From: Lama glama
Taxonomy: Eukaryota
Assembly (NCBI GenBank): GCA_028534125.1
Contig: CM052816.1
Span: forward strand, 80,850,001 to 80,914,000
Reading direction: 5' to 3'
Length of the DNA: 64,000 nucleotides
Shown here: in pieces, positions 13,080 to 24,984 of the stretch
Layout: each line of letters begins with the position of its first letter
Position numbering within the stretch: the stretch's first letter is position 1
Made by a program: the position numbers and the translations under genes
Notes under the pieces: generated by a model
What the model was told of the DNA's origin: nothing
What the model saw: the letters and a program-made list of their open reading frames with translations, nothing else
Databases searched by the model: none

Positions 13080-13224
13080 ATGTGTAACCAAATGACTTAC
13101 TATCTAAACCAGATCTAAACAGATTTCCTTTTGGAAAATGAAAGGGGTGGCTGTAAATAATTGTATAGAAACAACAAACATAAACTGGGAATGTTCCAAG
13201 CACCTCTGGGCTTGTGGTCACCTG
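13080..13224. mobile_element. MER94-like hAT-Blackjack MITE
   Basis: 'gaaaggggtggctgtaaataattgtatagaaacaacaaacataaactggga...tggtcacc'. Confidence 0.65.
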
Positions 13225-13981
13225 ATTATCACCTAATCACAGAATGACCAAGGCCACACTCTTGGTTGGGTTACAGTGTGAAATAGTTTGTGGGTTATAA
13301 TGAGCCAAGAGATCAAAATCTTGAAGCAGCTGGAGTTGTAGCTACACAGGAGGACCATGGATGAATTGCCCCTGGAACCAAGGGGACCAAAGATTTGCCA
13401 AATGAAGTGGATAATATAAAGATGTTGAACCTGTAGAATTAAATCTCTGGGAGAAAAGAAAAAAAAATAAAAAATTGAAACATGTATGTTAACTTAATAC
13501 TTATTAAATATTATTAAAAGCAAAATGCATGAGTATAAACAAATGCCATACCCATCTCTTCAAAATTCATTATTAAAAATATTTTAACCAGCAGTGAAAG
13601 TGATATGTGTATATTTACACACAACTCCTCAAAATCTCAAATTGGGTAACTGAATCATAAGTATATAAGTACCATACATTTGGGGGGTCAAATGAGTGCA
13701 GAATACACTATACATTAAGGGTTCTGTGTTTCTTAAAGTTTTCTAACTGTGATGTTTCTTACTCTGAGGTTAACTGGAGGGTCAGGCAACCACAGTAGAT
13801 GGTATTTATTTCATGAATGCCATTACATGTAAGTTTCCTTGATTCTTATCTCTTTTTGAGGAAAAATGTAGTTTTGTACTAGTTGCTTCTAACTAGTAGT
13901 GTGAGTAGAAACCAGTAGTTTTCATTCTATTGTGAAGACAAATGATCAAAAAAATGTGTGTTTCCGTTCTACACCTATTAC

Positions 13982-14396
13982 TGTTGCAGCGAAGTGTGTT
14001 ACAGCTCAGTGTTACAGCAACCTGGATCCTGGAGAGAGACCAAGCAGCTCTTGGAGGGTTGGAGAACTCAGGTTTATTATGTCAGCAGGCCCAGAGGAGT
14101 TAATACTCCAAGCTCTGGACCCCATCTATAGGTTTTCTCAGGCTTTTATAGGCTGCCAGTCTGGACTTTGCAACATCATAGGCAAATAAGGTGTAACACA
14201 GTGGACCAATCAGGAGTGAGCTTTATGCAAATGAGGTGTTACAAATGGACCAACCAGGACTGAGCTCAGAGAACCAGTAGAATCTTAGGGGTAAATTCTG
14301 CTTTCCTAGAAGCAAGCCGTTCTACAGAAGCACAAAAGTGAGATAGTGGCTCTGCCTGGGGGTCCTGTCAGTCTTTTCATGGGGCTGCCCACCTCA
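13982..14396 (-). mobile_element. Solo LTR, ERV1-type (415 bp)
   Basis: TG...CA ends with a perfect 4-bp TSD TTAC (13978-13981 / 14397-14400). Minus-strand TATAAAA (14144-14150) lies upstream of AATAAA (14073-14078). Confidence 0.9.
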
Positions 14397-14976
14397 TTAC
14401 CATTAGTAGTGTCTTACATGCATATAGCACTTTACACCACAGTGCTTTCCTGTACATTAGCTTCTTCCGATGTCCCACAGAAATCCCGGGATTTAGGCAA
14501 TATTGTCCTCCTTTTAGAGATGAGAAATCTGAAGCTGAGAGCTGTTGACTGAGTTTTTCTTCTGCCTTCGGGTTTAGCACTTGTTTATATCCGTACTTGG
14601 TAAGATTGTGTTAAGGATCATTCAATCAGTAAGTTATTTATTGAGAATCAGGAATCAGTGTTGAGAAATGACACTGTAGAGGTAAGAAGAGGTAAGTCAC
14701 CGAGGATAATTTATGCCATGTTAGAAGCTTACATTAATAATTTAGCAGACAGATTGCTGAATAGTTAATTCAGTTTAGTCAGTGAGCAAATGAAATAAAA
14801 AATATCATTTTGTCCGTGTTATCACTACAGTGAAATGCTTCTTCCTGGACTTTGAATTATTCCCTGTTACTTGACCTCCATCATGACTGAAACAAAATGA
14901 ATGTATCTGCTTTGCTTCCATTGGTATATGGTACAGACTTAGAGAATAGCTAACTGTCCTGTTTAAGGGCTTAGAC

Positions 14977-15194
14977 CAGTATTTGTAAATTCAGGGCAGT
15001 TTTTGTCCCCAAGGGACATTTGGTAATGTCTGGAGACTTTTTCAGCTTTCACAAATGGAGGAAGGAATGCCACTAGCATCTAGGGGTTAGAGGCTAGGGA
15101 TGTGGCTAAACATCATACAATGCATAGGACAGCCACTCACAATGAAGAATTATCCAGCCCTAAATATCAGTAGTGTTGAGGTTAAGAAACCCTG
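14977..15194. mobile_element. MER20 hAT-Charlie MITE, full length
   Basis: 'gggacatttggtaatgtctggagac...catcatacaatgcataggacagcc...gttaagaaaccctg'. 8-bp TSD gcttagac / gattagat. Confidence 0.92.
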
Positions 15195-15235
15195 GATTAG
15201 ATAAAGATACTATTTTTGATTCTATATAGCACTGC

Positions 15236-16610
15236 TGTCTTCATTTGAGTTCCTCCAAAGCAGAGCCTGAGACAAGGATTTGGGTGCAGGAAGCAAGAGT
15301 GAGGGAATGGAGAGAGTGGGACAGGGGAAGTGAATAAGCCAAGATAAAGGGGTGTTATTTTTTTTCCCACAAAAGTGAAAATTTTATTTTTTTCTTCTAG
15401 TTTTATTGAGATATAATTGGCATATAGCACTGTACAAATTTAAAGTGTACAGCATAATGATTTGACTTACATATCACAATAAGTTTAGTGAATATCCATC
15501 ATCTCATGTAAGTACAAAAAGAAATAGAAAACACTTTTTTCCTTATAATGAGAACTCAGGATTTTCTCTCTTAGTAACTTTCCTATATAACATACAGTAG
15601 TGTTAATTATATTTATTGTGTTGTACATTACATCCTTCATATTTATTTATCTTATAACTGGAAGTTTTATACCTTTTGACTGCCTTCATTCATTTCCCTC
15701 TTTCTCTGCATCCCCCATCCCCCACCTCTGGTAACCACAACTCTGATCTCTTTTTCTATGAGTTTGTTTGTTTGTTTGTTTTTGAAGTATTATTGACCCA
15801 CAACACTATATTAGTTCCTGGTACACAACATAGTGATTTGATATTTCTGTACATTTCAAAATGTTCACCATGTTAAGTCTAGTTATGATATGCTACCATG
15901 AAATGATATTATGAATCTACTGACTATATTCCCACACTGTGCATTTCATGTCTGTGACTCTTTTATTTTGTAACTGGAAGCTTGTACCTTTTAATCTTTC
16001 TTCTCTTTTTCTTTCCTCTCCCCATTCGCCTCCCCTCTGGCAACCACCTGTTTGTTCTCCGTATCTATTACTCTGTTTTTGTTCTGTTTGTTCATTTGTT
16101 TTATTTTTTAGATTCCACATATAAGTGAAATCATTCAGTATTTGTCTTTCTCTGTCTGACTTATTTCATTTAGTGTAATACCCTCTAGGTCCATCCAAGC
16201 TGTCGCAAAAGTGGGGCACTTTTGAGACTTGCCTTGTGGGTAATAGAGGCTGGATTCGGATCTTCTAAAGAACATTGAGGATGGCTCTCTGAATTGGCTT
16301 TCTAAGACAGATGGGAGAGTGTAGCACTTGCCCACCAAACCCAGGCCTGCATTGGCTGAGGGATGTTTCTGTAGGCTTAAACACTCTCACATATCCAGGC
16401 TGTGCTTACAGGTGGACTGAGTGGGCTCTTGTGCACTGGAGAAGGTCCTGGGACAGAAAGAGGAAAGACGAGCCCTGCACTCTAAGTGGGACCCTGGCAG
16501 TCTGGGCTGAGTCTGTGTTTGTCTGGAACTCTTCACTACAGCTGCACTGAAATCAGAGGTGGGCTTCAGGGATTGACAAGGGGCACCAGAGGTATTTGCT
16601 ATTTGCTACA
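15236..16610 (-). mobile_element. ERVL solo LTR (LTR16-like), split by an L1
   Basis: 'gagttcctccaaagcagagcctgagacaaggatttgggtgcagg' at the left end. It resumes at ~16215 and ends 'ggggcaccagaggtatttgct...aca'. Confidence 0.7.
15360..16208 (-). mobile_element. L1 3' UTR and ORF2 end, 5'-truncated
   Basis: 'ttttattgagatataattgg...'. The minus ORF reads 'FATAWMDLEGITLNEISQTEKDKY', the typical L1 ORF2 terminal region. Confidence 0.9.
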
Positions 16611-17479
16611 GTTGGTTTAGGGAAAGTGCAGTTGTTTTCTAGAAAATGTGGTTTGATATAACAGTGACTATATTTCCCCAAACTGATAATTCAGTTTATT
16701 ATATTTTGGTTGTCTCCTTACTATATATCAAAAAAAAATTTACTCAGCAGCAAGAGTGGTGGCATCTGATTATTGAAAACAATTACTTATGACTTCAGCA
16801 CTGTCTGTGTTAATGAAGTATATTCAGGATAAAAGGGTTATTTTCTAAGTATATATTAAATACTTCTATTCCACAATATAAAATTAATAAAACAGCATTT
16901 ATTTAAGGAATACCATATATGTAAAAGATTTAAATATTTTTAATGTTCGTAATCCATTATGCTTGTTTAACCATTCCCCTCTTTATTCTTTTTCTCTTCT
17001 TCCTTGGTAGACAGTACCAAGTGAGCATGTTAATCAGGCAAGTTTGTCTGCATTGTGCTTTAAGGTATCTGTTGATGTTAGAAACTATATCCTGGGGTTG
17101 GATCTTGACACAGGGCTGTTACACTAATTTGTATTTAACATCATCTGTGCATACAACAGAGAACAAAATGTGATCCAAACTTTTATTCCTCATGCCAGTC
17201 AAGTATGTATCCAACAGATATTGGAACCATAAAAGATAGGCCCTTTCAATATATATTACATGTAAATTAAAGTAAGCACTTCCAGCTAGAAACAGGCAAC
17301 CCTATAAGACCTAAGGTTAATATAGCTGGCCGTTAACTGTCTTGCTTCAACAGAAGCTTCTCAGAGAAGAATCTATAATTGGCCCAGAATCACCATTTCC
17401 TGGGTAGTAGGAAGCAAAATGATTGCTGTATCCCAGATCAAACATAAAATATAATAGCTGCTGGCATCTATTGAGAGAC

Positions 17480-17928
17480 ATTCTAGTCATTTGCCTACTT
17501 AGCATCAGACCTGTTTCCTGCTCTTCCCCTTTTCCACGTAACTATATTTTCTGGACTCCCTTATCAACTGCTTTCTAGCAACTTTCAGACAATGGAGGCA
17601 CTGGCAGTTTGAGAACTGTAGGTTGGCAGGTGACTGAAGCTTGGAAGATAGAGCCAGGATGTATCTCCCATCTTTATGTTTACAGTAGCATCTCCAGAAG
17701 TGGCTATCTTTCTCATGGTTTTAGCTTCTTCCAGAAAGCTCTAGCTCTTAGACTTTGTTAAAACTACCTCTTCCCTTTTCCTTCCAGTCTTAGGGGGTAG
17801 CAGAAACTTTCTGTACTTGTTAATCTCTGGATTCCTTTATGGTCCCCTGTTTAACCTTTCAGCATGTCCAACATACTTGAAAATAAATTCCCAGGATTTG
17901 GTTTCTTTGCCTGGATCCTGGCTGTGTT
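17480..17928 (+). mobile_element. ERVL solo LTR (LTR33-like), followed by a MIR to ~18110
   Basis: 'ccagtcttagggggtagcagaaactttctgtacttgttaatctctgga...gtttctttgcctggatcctggctg'. Confidence 0.6.
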
Positions 17929-18659
17929 AAGTATTTTACATAAGTTAACTTTCTAATCTATATAACACTCCTGTGAAGTAGACACTATTATTTCCCCCAT
18001 TTTAGAAATGAAGAAACCAAGCTAAATAGAAATTAAGTTACTTGTTCAAAGTCCAGCAGAAAGTGGTGACCGGAGCCTAAACTCTTGAACACTAAATCAT
18101 ATTACCTCTCATTAAAATCAAGTCATTCACCCTTGACTTCAAGTGTTTCTAACTGAAGAATTCTTCCCTGAGCTCTGAGCTCAGGGTCATTGGCATCCTG
18201 CCAAATGTCTCTGGTGATGCTTCTATTTTTAGGAGGGCAAGTGGCCAAAGGACTGCTTGTATGATCCTCCATGAATCTCTAAGTTCCATCTTGCTTTCTC
18301 ATATACATGTATATTTCCCTCCATTGCCTCAATAGGCCTCCTACTGGGGTCACTCACTGGGTTATCGGTCCCATTTGTGCACTGAGTGTATCCAGAGGTT
18401 GCCTTCTGCTCTAGTTTTGCTCCCTGTCTCATTTCTGCCCTTTGCCAGTTCCACTGATGCATAAGGACAGGTCAGAGATATGTCACATAGGAACACATTG
18501 ATTTTTCCAATGATGAATTGAGCATTTCCCAGAAGAGTTCTATCATCTTTCCCAGCATATTTTTTAAAAAATAAATACATACTGGCTGTCTACTTAGGAC
18601 TCTGTGAATATACTATATAATATTATATTTATTATAAATATTTATATTAATTTTCCCCC

Positions 18660-18990
18660 TTACTGTTCTCTTTGTTTGAAATGCCCTTTCCTTCACTTTC
18701 CTCCTGGTGAAATCTCACTCATCTGGAAAGGCAAGATCTAGCTTAAATGGTATCTATTCTAGTAATCTTCCATGATTCCTCTCCTCCCCCCATGCCTTAT
18801 CTCTACCCCCAGAAAGAATAAATCACCTCCTACCTTTTGGTTCCGTATCACCCTGCTCACCCCTCTGACCCAGTTCTCAGTGTGTGCATGTCTGTGTCCC
18901 AAAGAAACTTGACAGTAGAGAGCATATCTTTGCTTTTGTGTTCCCTGTCACCTAATAAATGTTCAGCAAAATTTTGGGTTGAATCAGAGC
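18660..18990 (+). mobile_element. L2 3' end
   Basis: 'actgttctctttgtttgaaatgccctttcc...aataaatgttcagc'. Confidence 0.55.
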
Positions 18991-20532
18991 AAGCAGTTTT
19001 GTTGACATCTGCTCTAACAAATCTGGAAGACTTGTTGATAAGTCAACAACAGTAAAATGTTAGTGAATGTTTAGCAGGTGAAACTATCTTCCTTATAGAT
19101 TTGGTTTTTGTTCTTTTAACTGATATGTTATAAAATAGGAGACTTGGTGATTTTTATGATGAATAATTTGTATCCTAGATGTAAGTTCTAACCCAAAATG
19201 TGTGTGTGTGTGTGACAATAGAGAAATTTACTTGAACATCTTTTTTTTTTTTCTCGTACAACCATCTTACAATATTATTTTGAGGAAAGATAACTGAATG
19301 GCAGCAGAATATTATTTTGGAAATATAACTAAATTCCTATGAAATACTCAGTGATGGAGGATAGCTATTACTGAATCAGCAGTAGGTTATAAATTGGTTT
19401 ATTTCTAATGAGGAGTATTTAATGTGGAAAGAGTTTGTTCTGGTGGTAGGGAGAACTAATCAGTATTTATAATCTTAGTTTATGCACAGATGGGTTGGGT
19501 ATTATGTGTGTGACTTGCCAAAAGACGGTTAACTAAGTTATGTGGGTATTATAAGGGCCATTTTACAAAGAGTTAAATGGTTTTCTGAAAGGCTAATATG
19601 TTAGCTAATGATTAAGAAGTTTGCAATTTCCAGACCAATACATTCCCCTTGGAATGGTTTATTAAGTTGGTTGTTTCCCAAAGTAGTTTAGCACCTAGAT
19701 AAATAGATTCAGTGCAGTACCAAAAAAAGCACAATAAATATATTTTTCTCATGGTTGGTCATCCAATGTAATCCAGAGAGCATTGATCAAAGTATTATAG
19801 CCACCAGATGACTGGCTATATGTAGCTTTAGGCCTGTACATATCATTATTCCATCCCATGCTTTTTCTGGCTTGCATCATGGCCATTGAGCCAATTCTTT
19901 TCCTTTAAAAATCTTTTAACCTGTGTATTTATCCCAACATGATCTTTCTTTCTACCATTAATTTATGTTAAGGTGAAAAGTTTAGGCCTATGATGCCTGA
20001 TAAAAAGCATATGAGTGATTTGGCTAGAAGTGCAGCAAGAACACTAAAGAAGAGTATTTTGTAATTTGTGAAAATGAAGATTTTCATTGGCTGTAGCCAA
20101 GAGAGTACACAAAAGGAAATGTATGAGAGGCCAGATTGTAAATTTAGCAGAATTTTAGACACAGGTTGAAGCCCTTTGACATTGCAAAGGACAGTATAAA
20201 CATTGCTACAGCTGGGAAGAAGTAACCATCAATTGTACAAACAAGGATTGCTGCACTGACTGTGATCAGTGCATCACAGGACTTTAGGACATCTGAAGAG
20301 AAGGAAGCAACAGCCAGGGTAAAAAATTAGGAATACAAGAATGCATCTCCAAGAAACTACAATGAGCTATGCCCAAAACATATATATAAATAAGAATATA
20401 AATATATACATACACATATAAAGTTATGTTTGGTTTTTATTAAAATGAGGCCACATTATGCACAATACTCTGTCACTTGTTTTCCTCACTTTACAACGTA
20501 TCATTGTAAACACTTTCTTAATAGATGTAACT

Positions 20533-21815
20533 CATCTGATTTTCAACAGTGGCACCAAGAAAATTCAATAGGGAGAGAGTAGTCTTTTCAACAAATGGAG
20601 AACTGGATGTACATATGCAAAAGAATGAATTTGAACCTCTTTCATATATCTTTCAAAAAATTATTCCTTGTGGATCATAGACCTAAATGTAAGAGCTTAA
20701 ATTATATAGCTATTTGAAGAAAACATGGGAATAAATAATCATGACCTGGGATTAATTAAAGCCTGTTAGATATGACCAAAATAACTACTGACAAAAGAAA
20801 AGCAGATAAATTGGACTTCATCAAAATTTAAGATTTTTGTGCTTCAAAGGACTCATAAGTAATATGAAAAGACAACCCAGAATGGGAGAAAATATTTGTA
20901 TATTATATATCTGACAAGGGACTTATATCTAGAATATACAAAATGCTTGTCACACAACAATAAAACTACAACCCAATTAAAAATGGGCAAAGAATCTGAA
21001 TAGACATGGCTCCAAAGAAAATATACAAATGGTCAACAAGCACATGGAAAGATTCTCAACATCATTAACCATTAAGGCATTGCATATCAAAATCACAATG
21101 AGACTGCCTTACACCCACTAGGTTGGCTATAATCAAGAAGACGGGTAATAGGATGTGTTGGTGAGGATGTGGAGAATTTGGAATCCTCTTACATTGCTAG
21201 TGGTGGTATAAAATGGTACAGCCTTTTTGGAAAACAGTTTGGCATAAACATAGAGTTACCGTATGACCCAGAAAATCTACACCTGGGTCAAACCCCAGAG
21301 AAATGAGAACTTGTCATACAAAAACTTGTTCATAAATATTCATAACAGCATTAATTATTACAGCCATAACATAGAGACAACCAAAATGTCCATCAACTGA
21401 TAAATGGATAAATAAAAAATAGCATAATTAAACAATGGAATATTATCTGACAATAAAAAAGAATGAAGTACTGATACAAGCTATAATATGGATAAATGTT
21501 GAAAATTTTATGCTCTGTGAAAAAAATCCAGTCAAAAAAGACTACCTTTTATATTATTCCACTTATATGTAAGTTCAATATAGGCAAATCCATAGGGACA
21601 GAAAGTAGATTAATGGCTTCTGAGGACTGAGAGAGTTGGAGGGAAATGAATAGTGACTGGTATTGGATATGGAATTTCTTTGGGGGATAATGAAAATGTT
21701 CCAGAATTGATTGTGGTGATGGTTGCACAACTCTGTGAATATACTAAAAAACAATAAATTGTATACTTTAAAGTGGTAAATTTAATGGATTGTAAATTAT
21801 ATCTCAGTGTTTTAA
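20533..21815 (+). mobile_element. Old L1 (L1MB-like) ORF2 3' part and 3' UTR
   Basis: 'tgattttcaacagtggcaccaag...aaattggacttcatcaaaatt...ttgtggtgatggttgcacaactctgtgaatatactaaaaa'. Confidence 0.9.
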
Positions 21816-21928
21816 ATCCATAATGTAATCATATTTGCACAATAATTTTTGCTGTGTAAGATAACATATTCACAGGTTCTGGGGACTGGGATGTAGACAT
21901 ATTTGTGAGGGCAGCATTCTGCCTGTCA
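21816..21928 (-). mobile_element. MaLR LTR 5' fragment (MLT1C/D-like)
   Basis: 'ataacatattcacaggttctggggactgggatgtagacat'. Confidence 0.7.
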
Positions 21929-24900
21929 TGTTTGGATTTTATGGAAATAGCTGTAACTGAGTCAGTCAGACCTGACATGACCTTGCTGTCCTCTGTCAGT
22001 AGCAATGCAGGCCTGTAGAGCATGGAGCTCAAAATGAGGTCAGGATGATCTATTCTCAGCAGATCTCAGCATAGAGAGATAAGGGTAGAAGACAATACAT
22101 TCTGCTGCTTCTTCCCTCTTACCTATAAGATATCATGGTACCACAAAAAGCCCTGTGTGTTAGTCATATGTTTGTTAAGGTGTCTTTTGCCTCAATATTT
22201 AAAATTTTTAAGTGGGTTATTCTTCTTCGTATGATCATGATTTCTTATGTTTCTTAAAAAGGTCTCCCTACCCCAAGGCTAGAATTATTTCCCTAACTTT
22301 TCTTCTGTTATTTACTTTAATCTTCCTTTCAAAAATTCAATTTATATGAGATTTATTTTTGTCAGTCATATGAGGTAGAGGTCTGCCTTGAATTGGATAG
22401 CCATTTATGCTAACATCACTTTTTAAATAATATTTTTCTCTCTGAATTGGAGACCTTAGTCATATATTAAATTCTCATATGTACCTCAGTGTATTTCTGA
22501 ACTCTCTCTTGTTTGTTCCACTGATAGCTTTTACTTGCAAGAATAAGAACGTAATGCAGGAAAAATTACATAAATAAAATCTGTATTCCATTATAGACTT
22601 TGACATTGTGCACAATTAGAAAGTAAAGAAAAGCAGTTTGGGCCATTTTTCCTTCCCTGTTGTCACATTCCAATTCACATATACCTTGTTTGTATAGTCC
22701 AGGTCATACACACGCAAAGCAAGACTGTGTGTACATGTGTTTTTGAGGTACTTACACACAGAGCTGCCTGATCAGGTAGACACCATCTAAAACGTGCAAA
22801 TTGAAAGGTGCTGAGAAGCTTCTCCACTTAAAAATATCTTCTCTACAGATAAGCAGCCTGGTCTGAGATAGCTACCATTAGAGGTACTCTCTATATAATG
22901 ACAGATTTAAGAGAAATAACTCTAGGAGAAGTAGTTTTTAAAAGTCAACTTGTGATTGTTCAAGGCCTGACTACCTGGTCGGGGGATTCCAGAATACTTG
23001 ATTTACATCATTTTCTAATATCTCCAGGAAGTATTTGTAAATTACATGGGCATCCTTTGGAAAAGAGAAAGGACAGAAAATTCAAATATTTAACACAGTT
23101 TAAAAAGACCCTTAATATTGTCAATCTGTGAAATGCTCTTTATCAGGAGCAGTCTCCTCTCCCTGGCATGACTAAGTAAGTATTGGTTCTACATAGTTTT
23201 TAGTACCTGTTGTCAATAGGCTGTGAGTGAAGACCCACAACAGGACTTGTACCCAAGACCACGTCCTGTCGTGCATCGGCACAGATCTGATTTTCTCAGT
23301 CATTAGTTCAGAGAAGTAGGGTTTAAAATTTTATTTCCATATTAAGAGAAGCTTTGGGCTTATACTGCACCCTTCCTTGCTTCTTGGGAATCAGGAACTT
23401 TCTCTGTTCTGATTTATCTTTTGTTTTTCTTTCCCACTGTATTTGCTTTTAGGTTATAGGGTAGAGATAGAATAGTAGTAAAGACAGTGACAGGCATATC
23501 ATTTTTAAAATATTTGTTTTTAAGAAAAATATCAGATGGTTCTTCTAAATCTATGACTTTTTTCTTTCCTTTACCTTTTTTAGAGTTTACTATCTAGACA
23601 AGATTGGTTTCCCAAGTGGACAGGTCTTAGATATTTGGATTGGTTGCTTGAGTTCAAGGAAGAAAGCATCCTATTTTATTCTTTTAGTTGAAGATTTGTG
23701 AGCAAATTAACTTCCTCAGTCCTTGGAAATGTGATAGATACTGACAGTGACTCAATGGAACATTTATTCTAAGGCTATGCTTATTCTATCTTGGATAGTA
23801 AAAGAAAGCCCTTTTCAAGAATGGGAAAGATTTTGCTGTTTGAGAGTGCAGAGTTTGGGAATTAGATTAAAAGCACCAGAAATTCTTTTTGTGGAAAAGG
23901 TGGTTAATTTTGATGCTTTATGCAAAGGCCCTCTTTTCTATCACTGGCTTCTTATTGCTTGAAATTATGTCTTTCAGATTGAGGCTTTGTGTCTCTAGGA
24001 GTCTCCCTTAAAATGTAGAGGATCACAAGAAAGATAGTAACAATGATTATTAAGAGCATTATTAGAAGAACATTATTTCTGGAAAAGATGAAATAAGAGA
24101 ATAAGCATACTAAGCATTTCAGATATATTAATCCATTGAATAATTGATGCTTACTCAATTAATTCATAAATATCTATAATCAACTGTGCGCCTGCCACTA
24201 TGTTAGAATCTAGATATACACAGATAACTAAATATTGCCTCTGACTTCTTAAGGACTCACAGTCTAGTAGGCAAGACAGACAAGTAAACAAATAACTATC
24301 ATACAGTGCAAATGCTCTTAAAGTCTGTGAAGTTGGTGTGTTTCAGTGTGTTAAAATGTGTGAAGTTGTGTTTCACAGGGGATTCTTCTTGTTCAAAGAA
24401 GGGAATCTTATTATACTAATAATTAATGGAGGACCCAGAATGGGGAGACAGAGGAACAATACAGTGCTTGGAAATTAATAGATGGTCAGAAATTATTCCT
24501 TCAGGACTTCTTCTGTGCTGTGCTTACAAGGGTCAGTTTTGCCTATCACTTATAAGAATGGAAAAGGATATATAGGACAGAATTTCAGTTTTACACTTAT
24601 AATTACACATTCTGATTCTTTAGACTATAGTCACAAGTGAGATTTGAGATATTTAAAACCTGCAGAGCATGGACACTGACCAATCAAAATGGACACAGCA
24701 AAAGCACTGAAGCAGAGTCCTGAAGATTACATGGTATGACAAGCAGTATGCCTTTATTTGTTGGAAGATGGGAGTAACTAGGATCCTGGGGTAGGGGCCT
24801 GTGAGACTAAGGTGGTAGTGGGTCACCCGAGAAGTTTCAGGTAGCAGTTATTTGCTGACTTATACAAAAGTGTTCACATATTTTAAAAACTGGTTTGTCC

Positions 24901-24984
24901 ATTTTAGTGTGTAGCACCGAATGTCAATATTGAGAATAGCTATGTTCCCGAGAAAGAATAAATAAAACTCTAAAATACAGGAGC

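Noticed and set aside
20252..20273. Hairpin tgcactga-N6-tcagtgca
   Set aside because: An 8-bp stem is expected by chance in 64 kb.
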